Shown: positions 51,421 through 61,212 of the stretch, in pieces | Numbering within the stretch: the first letter of the stretch is position 1 | Layout of the letters: every line of letters begins with the position of its first letter | Origin: an uncultured Thermoplasmata archaeon | Lineage (GTDB): Archaea; Thermoplasmatota; Thermoplasmata; UBA10834 | Length of the DNA stretch: 64,000 nt | Assembly: GCA_963705355.1 (NCBI GenBank) | Contig: OY970070.1 | Coordinates: forward strand, 287,741-351,740 | Reading direction: 5' to 3' | Made by a program: the position numbers and the translations under genes | Notes under the pieces: model-generated | What the model was told of the DNA's origin: nothing | The model's database searches: none | What the model saw: only the letters and a program-made list of their open reading frames with translations

Positions 51421-52391
51421 GTGACTTCCTCCGATATCATTTCAACGAAATGACAGGCAACCCAGGTCTTCCTCACTTGGCGGAGAGGAGGCTCCTCCTT
51501 GGTGCATCGCTCCTGGGCCCACGAACACCGAGTGCGGAAGCGGCAGCCCGACGGCGGCTCCAGCGCCGAAGGAATCTCCCCCTTCAGAGGGAGGCGGGCG
51601 CGCTCCCGTCCCGGCTCGGGTAATGGCACGGCGTTCCGCAACGCCATCGTATACGGGTGTTGGCCATCCCGGAGGACGTCCACGGCGCCGCCGACCTCCA
51701 TGAGTTTCCCTAGGTACATTACGCCCACGCGATCCGCGAGATAGCTCACGAGGGCTAAATCATGGCTGATGAAAAGGTATGTGAGGCCAAGGTCCGTCTG
51801 TAGCTCCTTCAAAAGGTTCACGATTTGGGCTTGGACGGAGACATCGAGGGATGATGTCGGTTCGTCCAAGACGATGAACTTCGGCTCGAGGGCGAGAGCC
51901 CGCGCGATGGCGATGCGTTGGCACTGCCCGCCGCTCAGCTCGTGGGGATAGCTCTCCGCGACCTCGGGATTGAGCCCCACACGTCGGAGCAACTCGCTCA
52001 CTGCGTTACGCGCATCCTGTGAGGTCAATCTCCGATGGACTCGCAACGGCTCGGCGATAGCCTGACCCACGCGCATTCGTGGGTCTAAAGAGGCAATAGG
52101 ATTTTGAAAGACAATCTGCATCCGTAACCGCGTCTGTCGGAGGACCTCCCCGCGAATTACGGTAAGCTCCCGGCCGTCAAACCAAATGTGGCCCGAGGTA
52201 GGCTCGACAAGGCGAAGGATGCAGCGGCCGAGAGTACTCTTCCCAGAGCCGCTCTCTCCCACGAGACCGAAGGTCTCCCCCTCCTCGATATCGAGGTTCA
52301 CGCCGTCGACCGCATGGACGTATGCGCGTCCAGCAAAGCCCTTGTGAACAGGGAAGAGCTTCGTGAAATTCTCTATGCGAACGATGCTCAT
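51417..52391 (-). CDS. Oligopeptide/dipeptide ABC transporter ATPase (OppF/DppF)
   Basis: [40 protein letters not shown]. Confidence 0.95.
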   Translation of the reverse strand: MSIVRIENFTKLFPVHKGFAGRAYVHAVDGVNLDIEEGETFGLVGESGSGKSTLGRCILRLVEPTSGHIWFDGRELTVIRGEVLRQTRLRMQIVFQNPIASLDPRMRVGQAIAEPLRVHRRLTSQDARNAVSELLRRVGLNPEVAESYPHELSGGQCQRIAIARALALEPKFIVLDEPTSSLDVSVQAQIVNLLKELQTDLGLTYLFISHDLALVSYLADRVGVMYLGKLMEVGGAVDVLRDGQHPYTMALRNAVPLPEPGRERARLPLKGEIPSALEPPSGCRFRTRCSWAQERCTKEEPPLRQVRKTWVACHFVEMISEEVT

Positions 52392-53362
52392 TCCTTCACC
52401 CCCTCATAAAGAAGGCACGCGGCGCTGTGCCCGGGCTGTGGCTCGAGAAGTTCGGGACGACGGACCGCGCAAGTCTTCATCGCGAATTCGCATCGTGGAT
52501 GGTAACGGCATCCGCCCGGTGGATTGATGAGGCTCGGGACGCTTCCGGGGATGGATGCAAGCGGTTTCTCTCGCACGTCCGCCCGTGGGATGGACTTCAG
52601 GAGGCGCTGGGTATAGGGATGTAAAGGGTTCTGGAAAAGATCGCACACCGGCGCCACCTCCGCGAGCGCACCAGCGTACATAACACCCACCTGCATGCAA
52701 GTCTCTGCAACAATGCCGAGGTTATGGGTGATGAGAAGAACCGAGAGGCGGAATTCCCGCTGGAGTTCTACGAGAAGGTCGAGGATCTGAGCCTGGATTG
52801 TGACGTCAACGGCAGTCGTGGGTTCGTCTGCGATGAGGAGTTGAGGTCGGCAGGCAAGAGCCATGGAAATCATCACGCGCTGCTGCATCCCGCCGCTGAG
52901 TTCGTGGGGGTAACTCCGCAGGACGTTTTCCGGGTCCGGCAGGCCCACGCGCCGGAAAAGATCGAGGCTCCGGCGTTTTGCTATATCCTTATCCACGCTT
53001 TCGTGGGTCATGATGATCCGGGTGATTTGCTTCCCCACGGAGAAGACGGGATTCAGGCTCGTTGCAGGATCCTGGAAGATCATGGAAATCGCCGTGCCGC
53101 GGAGGTGCTCCATCTCCGCCTCTGTCTTCGAGAGGAGTTCCTCTCCCATGAAATGAATGCTGCCCGTGCGAATGCGAGCGTTCGGAGGCAGGAGCCCCAG
53201 AATCGTGAGGGCTGTAACAGTTTTCCCGCACCCCGTCTCGCCCACCAATCCGAAGATTTCGCCCTCTCCAATCGAAAAGGTGACATGGTCCAACACCTTC
53301 GCAGTCCCGATTTCGGTTGTGAACTCAAGGCTCAGGTCCTTCACTTCGAGTAGGGATTTCAT
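52388..53362 (-). CDS. Oligopeptide/dipeptide ABC transporter ATPase (OppD/DppD)
   Basis: [42 protein letters not shown]. Confidence 0.95.
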   Translation of the reverse strand: MKSLLEVKDLSLEFTTEIGTAKVLDHVTFSIGEGEIFGLVGETGCGKTVTALTILGLLPPNARIRTGSIHFMGEELLSKTEAEMEHLRGTAISMIFQDPATSLNPVFSVGKQITRIIMTHESVDKDIAKRRSLDLFRRVGLPDPENVLRSYPHELSGGMQQRVMISMALACRPQLLIADEPTTAVDVTIQAQILDLLVELQREFRLSVLLITHNLGIVAETCMQVGVMYAGALAEVAPVCDLFQNPLHPYTQRLLKSIPRADVREKPLASIPGSVPSLINPPGGCRYHPRCEFAMKTCAVRRPELLEPQPGHSAACLLYEGVKE

Positions 53363-54333
53363 ATCAACAACCGCCTCCGCCGTAGCTTAGGGTCGAGGGC
53401 ATCCCGGAAGCTATCTCCCAGGAGGTTGAATGAGAGGACCACGAGGAAAATAGCGAGTCCCGTGAATGTGGAATACCACCAGTAAGTGACGAAGCTTCCT
53501 GTCACATAAGCGGTGTTAAATATCACACCCCAATCGGGGATGGGAGGCTGCGCACCGAGACCGAGCCAACTCAAGGATGCGGCAATGAGAATCGCGGACC
53601 CGACATCCATAGATGCTTGGATTGTCGCTGGCGTGATGGAATTCGGCAGAATGTGCCGCAGGATGATCCGGGGGCGGGGCAACCCGAGCACGACCGCCGC
53701 CTCGACGAACGGCTGCGAGCGGATATGAATGACCTGGGAGTGCACAAGTCGTGTGTACCAAGGCCAAAAGCTCACCGCAATCGCGATGATTACGGCGTTT
53801 GTGCCACGACCCAATGTCGCCGCAATCACGAATGCGAGGATGATAGGTGGGAAGGCGAGGAACATGTCCGTGACCCGCATAATGACTTCTTCTACCAGGC
53901 CGCGCACGTACCCCGCGAGCACCCCAAGGAGGACGCCGACGGGGAAAGCTATGGCGATTGTCAGGACACCGACCTTGAGCGCTAGGCTCGCGCCGAACCA
54001 CAGACGTGCAAGGAGATCGCGCCCGAACTCGTCCGTGCCAAAGGGGTGTTCCCAGCTCGGTGATTGAAGCCTCTCCGCAACGTTTGTCTGCCCTTGCCCT
54101 TGAACGGAATACGGGACGAGGGAGGGCAGGAAGAGTGCAATGAGGGCCGCGCCCACAAAGAGCATGAGGATTACGAAACCCAGGAGGCCGAGAGGGTCTC
54201 GTCGGAGGATTCTCCAGAGCCCGCGAATGAACCCCATTGCTGCAGTTTGGACGCGGGCCAGAGCTGGAGATTCGGTCCCCATTACCCCTTTATCAGTACT
54301 ATCTGGGGATTCCAAAAGGATTGGCTTCATCAT
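53359..54333 (-). CDS. Oligopeptide/dipeptide ABC permease (OppC/DppC)
   Basis: HPFGTDEFGRD, MRVTD, FVEAA..LG, RHILPN, LS.LGLG..PP.PDWG, GD..RDALDP. Confidence 0.93.
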   Translation of the reverse strand: MMKPILLESPDSTDKGVMGTESPALARVQTAAMGFIRGLWRILRRDPLGLLGFVILMLFVGAALIALFLPSLVPYSVQGQGQTNVAERLQSPSWEHPFGTDEFGRDLLARLWFGASLALKVGVLTIAIAFPVGVLLGVLAGYVRGLVEEVIMRVTDMFLAFPPIILAFVIAATLGRGTNAVIIAIAVSFWPWYTRLVHSQVIHIRSQPFVEAAVVLGLPRPRIILRHILPNSITPATIQASMDVGSAILIAASLSWLGLGAQPPIPDWGVIFNTAYVTGSFVTYWWYSTFTGLAIFLVVLSFNLLGDSFRDALDPKLRRRRLLI

Positions 54334-54384
54334 TATCAACCTCCCCCCTTTGCCAGTACTATCCGGGGATCCAAAAAGGATTGG
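54285..54384. repeat. Imperfect ~40-bp direct repeat, period 60, at the dppB/dppC junction
   Basis: CCCCTTTATCAGTACTATCTGGGGATTCCAAAAGGATTGG vs CCCCTTTGCCAGTACTATCCGGGGATCCAAAAAGGATTGG. Confidence 0.85.
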
Positions 54385-55433
54385 ATGAGGTCCACGGCGA
54401 GGTTCATGACCACGTAGAAAATTGCCACGACAATCGTGCAGCCGAGGATTGCAGGGTAGTCGAAGGAGAGCGCAGACAGAAAGGCGTACTGTCCAATCCC
54501 ATTCCATACAAAGATATTCTCAATGAGAAACGCCCCCGTGAGTTCGTAAGCAAAGGAAAGACTCACAACGACGATGGTAGGAGCGATTGCATTCTTGAGA
54601 GCGTACCGATAATGTATGACACGGGCAGGCATACCGTAAGCCTTGGCCGTACGGATATAATTCTCGCCAAGAACCTCGATCATCATCGTCCGCACCATGC
54701 GCGTCACGAGACCAAGCGGATAAAGCGCCAGCGTAATGGCCGGCAGGATGAGATGCACGACGGCGTCCTCAAAACGGACGAAGTTCCCATGGAGGAGCGC
54801 ATCGATCACAAGGAAGCCCGTAATTCTCTTCATAGGATAGACAATAGCCAGACTGTCCGAGAAGCGGCCCTGGAGGGGCAGGATACCTAATATTTGGACG
54901 AGAATCATCTGGAGGAGGACCGCGACCCAGAAGGAAGGGAGAGCAACCCCGCCCACCGCGAAGAAACGGGCGAGATGGTCTGGCCACTTACCACGACGAA
55001 CCCCCGCGAGGATGCCGAGGGGGATCCCCACGCCAATTGCAATGAGCAGAGAGGCCGTAATCAATTCGAAAGTCGCGGGCAACTTCACTTCGATATCCTT
55101 GAGGACAGGGTTGTGTGTCCGGATAGAGGTGCCCAAGTCACCGTGGAAGAGGCCTGTGACGTAGTACCAGAACTGCACAGGCAGAGAATCGTCTAAGTGT
55201 AGTTCTGCGCGAGCCTGCGCGAGATTCTCCGGAGTCGCATGGATACCCACCCAAAGGCCCGCAGGATCCGCAGGGATCACCCGACAAAGGAAGAAGGTGA
55301 TCACCACGACCCCGAAGACCACCAGGACGGCGAGGAGTACCCGGCGTAGTAGGAAACGAGCAAACGCCCCTCCCGCGGCCCCAGGCTTGCGGGCCCTCCG
55401 CGCTATTGTCCACTGGCGAGACGGAGGGCCCAC
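54336..55433 (-). CDS. Oligopeptide/dipeptide ABC permease (OppB/DppB)
   Basis: PADPA, GDLGTS, PATFEL, PSFW, HLILPA, YIRTAKAYG, DYP, LDPRI. Confidence 0.95.
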   Translation of the reverse strand: MGPPSRQWTIARRARKPGAAGGAFARFLLRRVLLAVLVVFGVVVITFFLCRVIPADPAGLWVGIHATPENLAQARAELHLDDSLPVQFWYYVTGLFHGDLGTSIRTHNPVLKDIEVKLPATFELITASLLIAIGVGIPLGILAGVRRGKWPDHLARFFAVGGVALPSFWVAVLLQMILVQILGILPLQGRFSDSLAIVYPMKRITGFLVIDALLHGNFVRFEDAVVHLILPAITLALYPLGLVTRMVRTMMIEVLGENYIRTAKAYGMPARVIHYRYALKNAIAPTIVVVSLSFAYELTGAFLIENIFVWNGIGQYAFLSALSFDYPAILGCTIVVAIFYVVMNLAVDLIQSFLDPRIVLAKGGG

Positions 55434-55444
55434 GTCTTCAGTCC

Positions 55445-57079
55445 TCAGTGATGCAACTGGTAGAAAAACACCACCAGTGGGTAGGCCGGGTTGTCGCTAA
55501 AGCCTTGCAGATTCGCCTTCAGGACATACAGATTCTTTATGTCCACAATCCCCACACCCGGACAGTCATTATAGAGCATGAGCTGGGCGGTACGATAATC
55601 TGCAAGGGATTGGGTCGGGTTTGTACCCTCGAGAGCAGCTGCACTATCGATCACACTGTCGAAAGCGGAGTTATTATAGTAGCCCAGATTGAAGTACGCG
55701 TAGCTATAGCTGCTGAACATATTGTAGAGGAAGTCATACGGCGTCACATAACCCGGCCACCAGTACATCACAAAGATATCCTGGGCCGTGGCGGGGTTCG
55801 CCGTTGCGAGGAGCCATTGCTGTTCCCAGGGCATGGGCTGAATGTCGAGGTTAATGCCAAGGGTCGTGAGTTGTTCCTTCCAGAGCTCAGCGACCTTCTG
55901 CTCATATAAGTCCCCCTGGAGATATGTGTACTTGAGGGTGAATCCGCCATCTGGATAGCCGGCCTGGGTCAAGAGTTGCTCGGCCATGCTCAGGTTGAAG
56001 TCGTAATAGGGCAAGGTGTCGTCGTGCCCCCACATCGTGGCCGGAATCATGCCAATGGATTGGGTCCCGAGGCCACTCATGACCGAGGTCATGATGTCGT
56101 CATAGGGGATCGAATGGGCAAGAGCCTGACGGACGGTGGTGTTGTTTGTCGGGGAACGTTCCATGTTGAAGAATACGTAGAGGGCACGATAGCTCGGGTT
56201 TTTCACTACATTCACTGCACTATCATTCTGCAATGTCGGCACATCCTGGAGGGGCGGGTCCACTAGGATATCCGCAGTGCCACTGAGCACTGCCTGCTCC
56301 CGCTGTGCCGGGTCTGCAATCGTCTTGATGATCGCATTGTCGAACTGACCGGATTTCCAGCCACCCCAGTATCCTGCGAACTTTTTCAAGACCACGTAAC
56401 TGTTCGAGTACTGTACCGTTGTGTCAAGCATGTACGGGCCAGAGCCACTTTCATGGCCAGCATTGAACCATTCCTGCTGGAGCGTATAGTTCGCGCCCGG
56501 GGTATTCGGGGAGAAAATGTAGGCAGCATAACCACAGGTCGCTATCTTGTCGAAAGGCGCGGGGTACAGGAGATGGAAATGGATTGTGTAGGTATCCAGG
56601 ATATCGATATTTTGGGCTGCCTGGGTCGCATTCCCGAGAGGCGCCCAGATATAAGCCGCCCCCTGACCTATCGTGATCGTTCGCAGAAGCGAGAACCTGA
56701 CCGCCGTTGCGTTGAAAGGCGTATCATCGTGGAATTTCACGTCCTGGCGGAGATTGAACGTCCAGTCCAGTCCGTCTGACGAGGCGTTCCAGTCCGTCGC
56801 GAGGAGCGGAACCGCCTTCTGTTCCGTGGGATCCCAGTGAGTCAACGTCTCGTAGATGTTAGGCAACAGTATAATGGAATTGGAGAATTCGCTGCTCGGG
56901 TCGAGGGTGACCATCTCTGAGTTGGTCACATAAGTTATCACATTTGCTTTCCGAACATTTCGAGTGCCGAGGATCGCAGCAGTAGCGACGATCACAAGTA
57001 TGACGACGATGATGGCGATCAACTTTCCTCTATGGCGCCGTGGCGCCTCGCTCTTTGGTTTTTCAGTAGAACTTGCCAT
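55445..57079 (-). CDS. ABC transporter substrate-binding protein, family 5 (OppA/DppA), membrane anchored
   Basis: N-terminal TM; TLDP, IYETL, PLLA..W..S.DG, F.LR.DVKFHD.TPFNA, GSGPY, VRQA. Confidence 0.95.
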   Translation of the reverse strand: MASSTEKPKSEAPRRHRGKLIAIIVVILVIVATAAILGTRNVRKANVITYVTNSEMVTLDPSSEFSNSIILLPNIYETLTHWDPTEQKAVPLLATDWNASSDGLDWTFNLRQDVKFHDDTPFNATAVRFSLLRTITIGQGAAYIWAPLGNATQAAQNIDILDTYTIHFHLLYPAPFDKIATCGYAAYIFSPNTPGANYTLQQEWFNAGHESGSGPYMLDTTVQYSNSYVVLKKFAGYWGGWKSGQFDNAIIKTIADPAQREQAVLSGTADILVDPPLQDVPTLQNDSAVNVVKNPSYRALYVFFNMERSPTNNTTVRQALAHSIPYDDIMTSVMSGLGTQSIGMIPATMWGHDDTLPYYDFNLSMAEQLLTQAGYPDGGFTLKYTYLQGDLYEQKVAELWKEQLTTLGINLDIQPMPWEQQWLLATANPATAQDIFVMYWWPGYVTPYDFLYNMFSSYSYAYFNLGYYNNSAFDSVIDSAAALEGTNPTQSLADYRTAQLMLYNDCPGVGIVDIKNLYVLKANLQGFSDNPAYPLVVFFYQLHH

Positions 57080-57262
57080 TTATCTCCCTCTCCTTTCACT
57101 TGCCTTCTTCACTTCTTGACACTTTGGTAGCAGAATGATGAGAACATCTCTCCCCACAAATTCAGATAGGCCGCTGATTACTCCACGCTTATGTACCGAA
57201 AATGTTCCGAGAATCTTCGACCTGTCATCAATCTCTATTTTCAGACAGACACCTTCACTCAC
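57080..57262 (-). CDS. Small hypothetical protein, possibly DUF2080/AbrB-like
   Basis: 60 aa, ...VHKRGVISGLSEFVGRDVLIIL; stop abuts the oppA ATG. Confidence 0.45.
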   Translation of the reverse strand: MSEGVCLKIEIDDRSKILGTFSVHKRGVISGLSEFVGRDVLIILLPKCQEVKKASERRGR

Positions 57263-57632
57263 ATCATGGTATCACTATAAGCACTCTGCTGTCTGATGGC
57301 ATCTGAAACTATCAGTTGTGAGGATATCTTTCCCAGGTGAACACACGCCGAAAAACGGTATCCTGGCTGGGCTTGAATGTCGCTTCGGCCATCATTCATC
57401 GCCTCATCCTGTATGGATCGCCCAAGACACTCTGGATGGGCCGCTTCATCATCGGGAAAATCAGCAATTGAAAAATACTTGCACTCAATGTTCAACGGAT
57501 GCCTAGAGTCCTTGACACTCGAGACTTCCGAGAGATCACGGTGCGAGCATCTGTGGAGAGACCTGTTCGAACGACACCGCTTCCCAGCGTTTGTTTCCTT
57601 CCCCTAGTTTGGAGATGTTTTCCAGGATTCCT

Positions 57633-58010
57633 TCATACCATCCATTTCTGCCAGACGACCTTCGGCGCTTTCGAGAGCAGGTGCTTGCATTCTTTGGGCC
57701 GTCCTCTCTTGTCGATGCGCAACAGCTCGCAATGGTCGAACCGCCAGTACTCACAGAGATCGCAAGCATAGGTCTCCCCGAGCGGGACCTGCTGATAGTC
57801 TCGGCATCTCTCACACTTGCCCTCTATCCAGTTCTTGAGCTCCCCCTTGCAATCTGGGCACGGGATAGGAGTATGGTACGGAACATGGCTATTGGAGACC
57901 ATCTGCGCCCCGGGGCAATGCTCGTATCCTGGGCAGCGGCACTCTGGCCATGCCATGATCGGGCAGAAGCCATAGTCCTCAAGCTCCACAGTGCATGGAA
58001 CCTTGTGCAT
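57633..58010 (-). CDS. Cys-rich putative zinc-binding protein
   Basis: 125 aa with CPDC, CERC, CDLC and further Cys; may be an element relic. Confidence 0.45.
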   Translation of the reverse strand: MHKVPCTVELEDYGFCPIMAWPECRCPGYEHCPGAQMVSNSHVPYHTPIPCPDCKGELKNWIEGKCERCRDYQQVPLGETYACDLCEYWRFDHCELLRIDKRGRPKECKHLLSKAPKVVWQKWMV

Positions 58011-58577
58011 ACTTGAATGTCTTGCTCTCTATCAATCAGAGAATTATTGCCCTGAACCAAACCTCACCAACGCTATCGAACTAGCAGGGCTCGTCCGTGG
58101 AAACTCCGGAATGCATTTTCTACCGGTAAGAAAATGGAGGATGAGATCCTCACATTCTGTACCAGTGAGTATAGCATCCAGCTTTAATCACTGGTAGATT
58201 CCGGGCCATAATCCCGACAAGAGCACGTTAATGAGAAAAAAGGAAAGGGTTTGAGGGAACGGACGGGGACAACGGGTTCTGACGCTTCCAAAGCCAGCGC
58301 ATTTTGAAGGCCAGATTTTGGGCTTTCGCTATCCGTTGAAGGCCGACGTTGACCTGCTCATGATTGATGCCAAATCACAACATACTAGCTTGTGAAGGGG
58401 ACGATCTCCTCTCCCAACGAGATTGTTCTACCAGCCTCCTTGGAGCATGCAATGGAGACGCCTCTCACTCATTGGAAATCAGTGAGACCGTACGGTAATC
58501 GTGAAGACCTGCGTCCCTCCATCCTTCGCCAACGGACGATGTCAGGAACATTCTCATGGAGGAATGGGCATCGGGGT

Positions 58578-59321
58578 ATGATGGCAATGACAAGCAAGTT
58601 CAGGAGCGAGGTGAAGCAACTCGCAACGCAACTAGGAGCGGATCTCGTTGGAATAGCTCCAGAGAAGGCGTTTGCCAATGCGCCTGGAGGACATCGCCCG
58701 CAGGACATCCTGACGGGGGCGAGAAGCGTCATAGTAATCGCTGTCGCACTCCCACATGCGGCTCTCGAATCCGCTCCTAGCCGCGAGTATTCGGCAACTT
58801 ACACGTCGGCCAACAATGAGCTCAACAGAATCGCGTTCAGGCTCGCGAAGTTTCTCCAGGAGAATGGGCATCGCGCGGTCCAGGTCCCCGCATCTTCGCC
58901 CTACGATCTCAAGCGCATGAGAGGCGATATTTCGCACAGGCATGCTGGCGAGCTGGCAGGGCTCGGGGTGTTCGGCAAGAACAGCCTCCTCCTCTCGCCG
59001 AAATATGGCGCTAGAATGCGCTTGGTCTCTGTCATCACAGACGCAAACCTCACACCTGACAAGAGGTTGGAGACTGATTTCTGCATGGATTGTGACAAAT
59101 GCATCCGAGCATGTCCGGCGAAAGCCCTCAAAGGCGGTCGAACAGTTGACAAAGAAACTTGTGACAATCAGCACCCCAGAATAGGAAAGAAGCTCGATCT
59201 GTCGGGCGGGGAACAGGTCTGCGGTGTCTGCATACGCGTCTGCCCTGTTGGGATTGATGCCAAGAAGAGAGGGCCTCACAAGGCCAGTCGCTCGAGATCA
59301 AGGGACCAATGCGAATACTGA
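58578..59321 (+). CDS. Epoxyqueuosine reductase-like (QueG/RdhA-like) 4Fe-4S protein (cargo)
   Basis: GADLVGIA, P.DIL.GARSVI, SHRHAG.LAGLG.FGKN.LL.SP.YG.R.RL, CxxCxxCxxxCP and CGVCIRVCP. Confidence 0.88.
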   Translation: MMAMTSKFRSEVKQLATQLGADLVGIAPEKAFANAPGGHRPQDILTGARSVIVIAVALPHAALESAPSREYSATYTSANNELNRIAFRLAKFLQENGHRAVQVPASSPYDLKRMRGDISHRHAGELAGLGVFGKNSLLLSPKYGARMRLVSVITDANLTPDKRLETDFCMDCDKCIRACPAKALKGGRTVDKETCDNQHPRIGKKLDLSGGEQVCGVCIRVCPVGIDAKKRGPHKASRSRSRDQCEY

Positions 59322-59433
59322 AAGACCTTGTTTGCGTCAGCTCCTTACTGGGACAAAGACAACGGCCGGCTCGTGCTAGGTCCGAGGCAGATTGAGGAAG
59401 CGGTTCGTCCTGGAAAGGAGTCTAGGTCCGGCT

Positions 59434-59652
59434 TCAATCCCTGCTGATTGAATTCGAGTTGCGATGTACTGGCTCCTGAGGGGTTCGAATCCTCCCGAGG
59501 TTGGATTCCCAGAAGAAAAAGCCTCGGATGGGGTTTGAGCCTCGCCTCGGAAAAGCCCATAGGTGAGGAAAGGCGACCGATGTTCAAACTACAAGGTCTT
59601 CACACGTCTCCAAGGAAAGTCCTTAGGGGAGGAAGGGCGGGCGATGTTCAAA
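59434..59652 (+). repeat. Composite att-like site C
   Basis: TCAATC-CCTGCT-GATTGA-N17-CTGGCT-N6-GGGTTCGAATCC, then GAAAAGCCCATAGGTGAGGAAAGGCGACCGATGTTCAAAC and a second degenerate copy at 59614-59652. Confidence 0.82.
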
Positions 59653-59826
59653 TCTCGAATGGTGAGAGGGATGTTGCTTGCAGAGCCCGAAATGCCTGTC
59701 TGGACATTTTAGCGGGACGCGCGATCGGAACGCAGTTGGATGTGCGTTGATGAAGGCGATTGAACCTTAAGTCTGCCGCAACGAGTTAATATACCGGTTC
59801 CTTCAAATATCCATTGGGCGACTCTT

Positions 59827-61164
59827 GTGAAAGCGATCGACGCCAGTGTGCTCAAGAAGTTCGAAATGTCTTTCGACGAGGACCCTAAGAACCGCCTCGC
59901 CATGAATGCGGTGACAGAGAACGGAATCTCATCTGTCGCTCTCAATCGAAAGGATGTCGACAGGATCAACTTCACGTTCAGCCACCAGATCGAGTCACCG
60001 GAAGCGACAAATCAGGAGAGATCAGGAAGATGCTGGCTTTTCTCTGGGCTCAGCTTTCTGGCTTTTGAAGCCATGAAGAAGTTGAATGTCGACACCTTCG
60101 AGCTTTCCGAGATCTATCAGATGTTCTGGGATAAGCTCGAGAAGGCGAACTTCTTCCTTGAGAACATAATCGAGACAAGGGCGGAACCCCTGGACAGTCG
60201 GAGGCTGATGTGGCTGCTTTCGGACCCACTGTCCGATGGCGGACAGTGGGACATGTTCGTGAACCTTGTCAAGAAATACGGCGTGGTTCCGAAGTCCTTC
60301 ATGCCAGAGACCGAGAGCAGCAACAACTCGGAACCGATGAACGCCCTCTTGGAAACAAAGCTGAGGGAATATGCGAAGCTGATAAGGGACAAGCACGCCG
60401 ATGATAACGACCTGGAGGAGCTGCGCTCGATCAAAGAGAAGTGTCTTGAAGAGTTCTACAGGATGCTTGCGGTGAGCCTCGGAAAGCCGCCGACCGAATT
60501 ATACTGGGAATGGCGCGACAAGCACGAGGAATTCCATCGGCACGGCAGGATAACTCCGAAGGAGTTCTACAGCGAATACATCGGCGTTGATCTGGACGAC
60601 TTCGTGTGCATCATCAACGCCCCTACTCCGGACAAGCCGTTCAACAGGACGTACACGGTGAGGAATCTCGGCAACGTCGTCGAGTGTAGGCCGATTCGAT
60701 ACCTGAACGTGGACATGAAGAGTCTCAAGAGAGTCACGATAGAGATGATCAAGGACAATCATGCGGTCTGGTTCGGCTGCGATGTCGGCCAGATGCTTGC
60801 CACCGAACTGGGCGCTATGGACCTCAGCGTCTATGACTACGAGCTAGTCTTCGGAACGAAGTTCAATCTTGACAAGGCGTCGAGGCTTGAGTACGGCTGC
60901 AGCGAAATGACGCACGCGATGCTTCTCACCGGCGTGGATCTTGACGAAGGCGGTCGACCCAGAAAATGGCGGGTGGAGAATAGCTGGGGTGCCAAGATCG
61001 GAGATAAGGGATTCATGTACATGATGGATGAATGGTTCGAGGAGTATCTGTACGAGGTCATCGTGAACAAGAAGTATCTCGGGCCGGAATTGTTGACGGC
61101 GCTCGAAACAGAGCCGGTCCCCCTCGAACCTTGGGATCCGATGGGAAGTCTCGCAAGGTCGTAG
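59827..61164 (+). CDS. pepC: Aminopeptidase C / bleomycin hydrolase (C1B cysteine peptidase)
   Basis: TNQERSGRCWLF, WDKLEKAN, DGGQWDM, VWFGCDV, MTHAM, WRVENSWG, PWDPMGSLA. Confidence 0.95.
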   Translation: MKAIDASVLKKFEMSFDEDPKNRLAMNAVTENGISSVALNRKDVDRINFTFSHQIESPEATNQERSGRCWLFSGLSFLAFEAMKKLNVDTFELSEIYQMFWDKLEKANFFLENIIETRAEPLDSRRLMWLLSDPLSDGGQWDMFVNLVKKYGVVPKSFMPETESSNNSEPMNALLETKLREYAKLIRDKHADDNDLEELRSIKEKCLEEFYRMLAVSLGKPPTELYWEWRDKHEEFHRHGRITPKEFYSEYIGVDLDDFVCIINAPTPDKPFNRTYTVRNLGNVVECRPIRYLNVDMKSLKRVTIEMIKDNHAVWFGCDVGQMLATELGAMDLSVYDYELVFGTKFNLDKASRLEYGCSEMTHAMLLTGVDLDEGGRPRKWRVENSWGAKIGDKGFMYMMDEWFEEYLYEVIVNKKYLGPELLTALETEPVPLEPWDPMGSLARS

Positions 61165-61176
61165 GAAGCTCATTCG

Positions 61177-61195
61177 CATAGGGGAGGAAAGGCGA
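61177..61195 (+). repeat. Stand-alone copy of the CATAGGGGAGGAAAGGCGA repeat (IS target motif)
   Basis: Lies between the pepC stop and the next cargo gene. Confidence 0.8.
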
Positions 61196-61212
61196 TTCGG
61201 GCACGAAAAAGG

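Noticed and set aside
53359..54507. 382-aa extended dppC start
   Set aside because: Overlaps dppB by ~170 nt; the ATG at 54333 just after the dppB stop is more plausible.
57634..57643. 10-nt match (GGATGGTATG, minus strand) to the IS left end
   Set aside because: Short enough to be chance; no IR or target half beside it.
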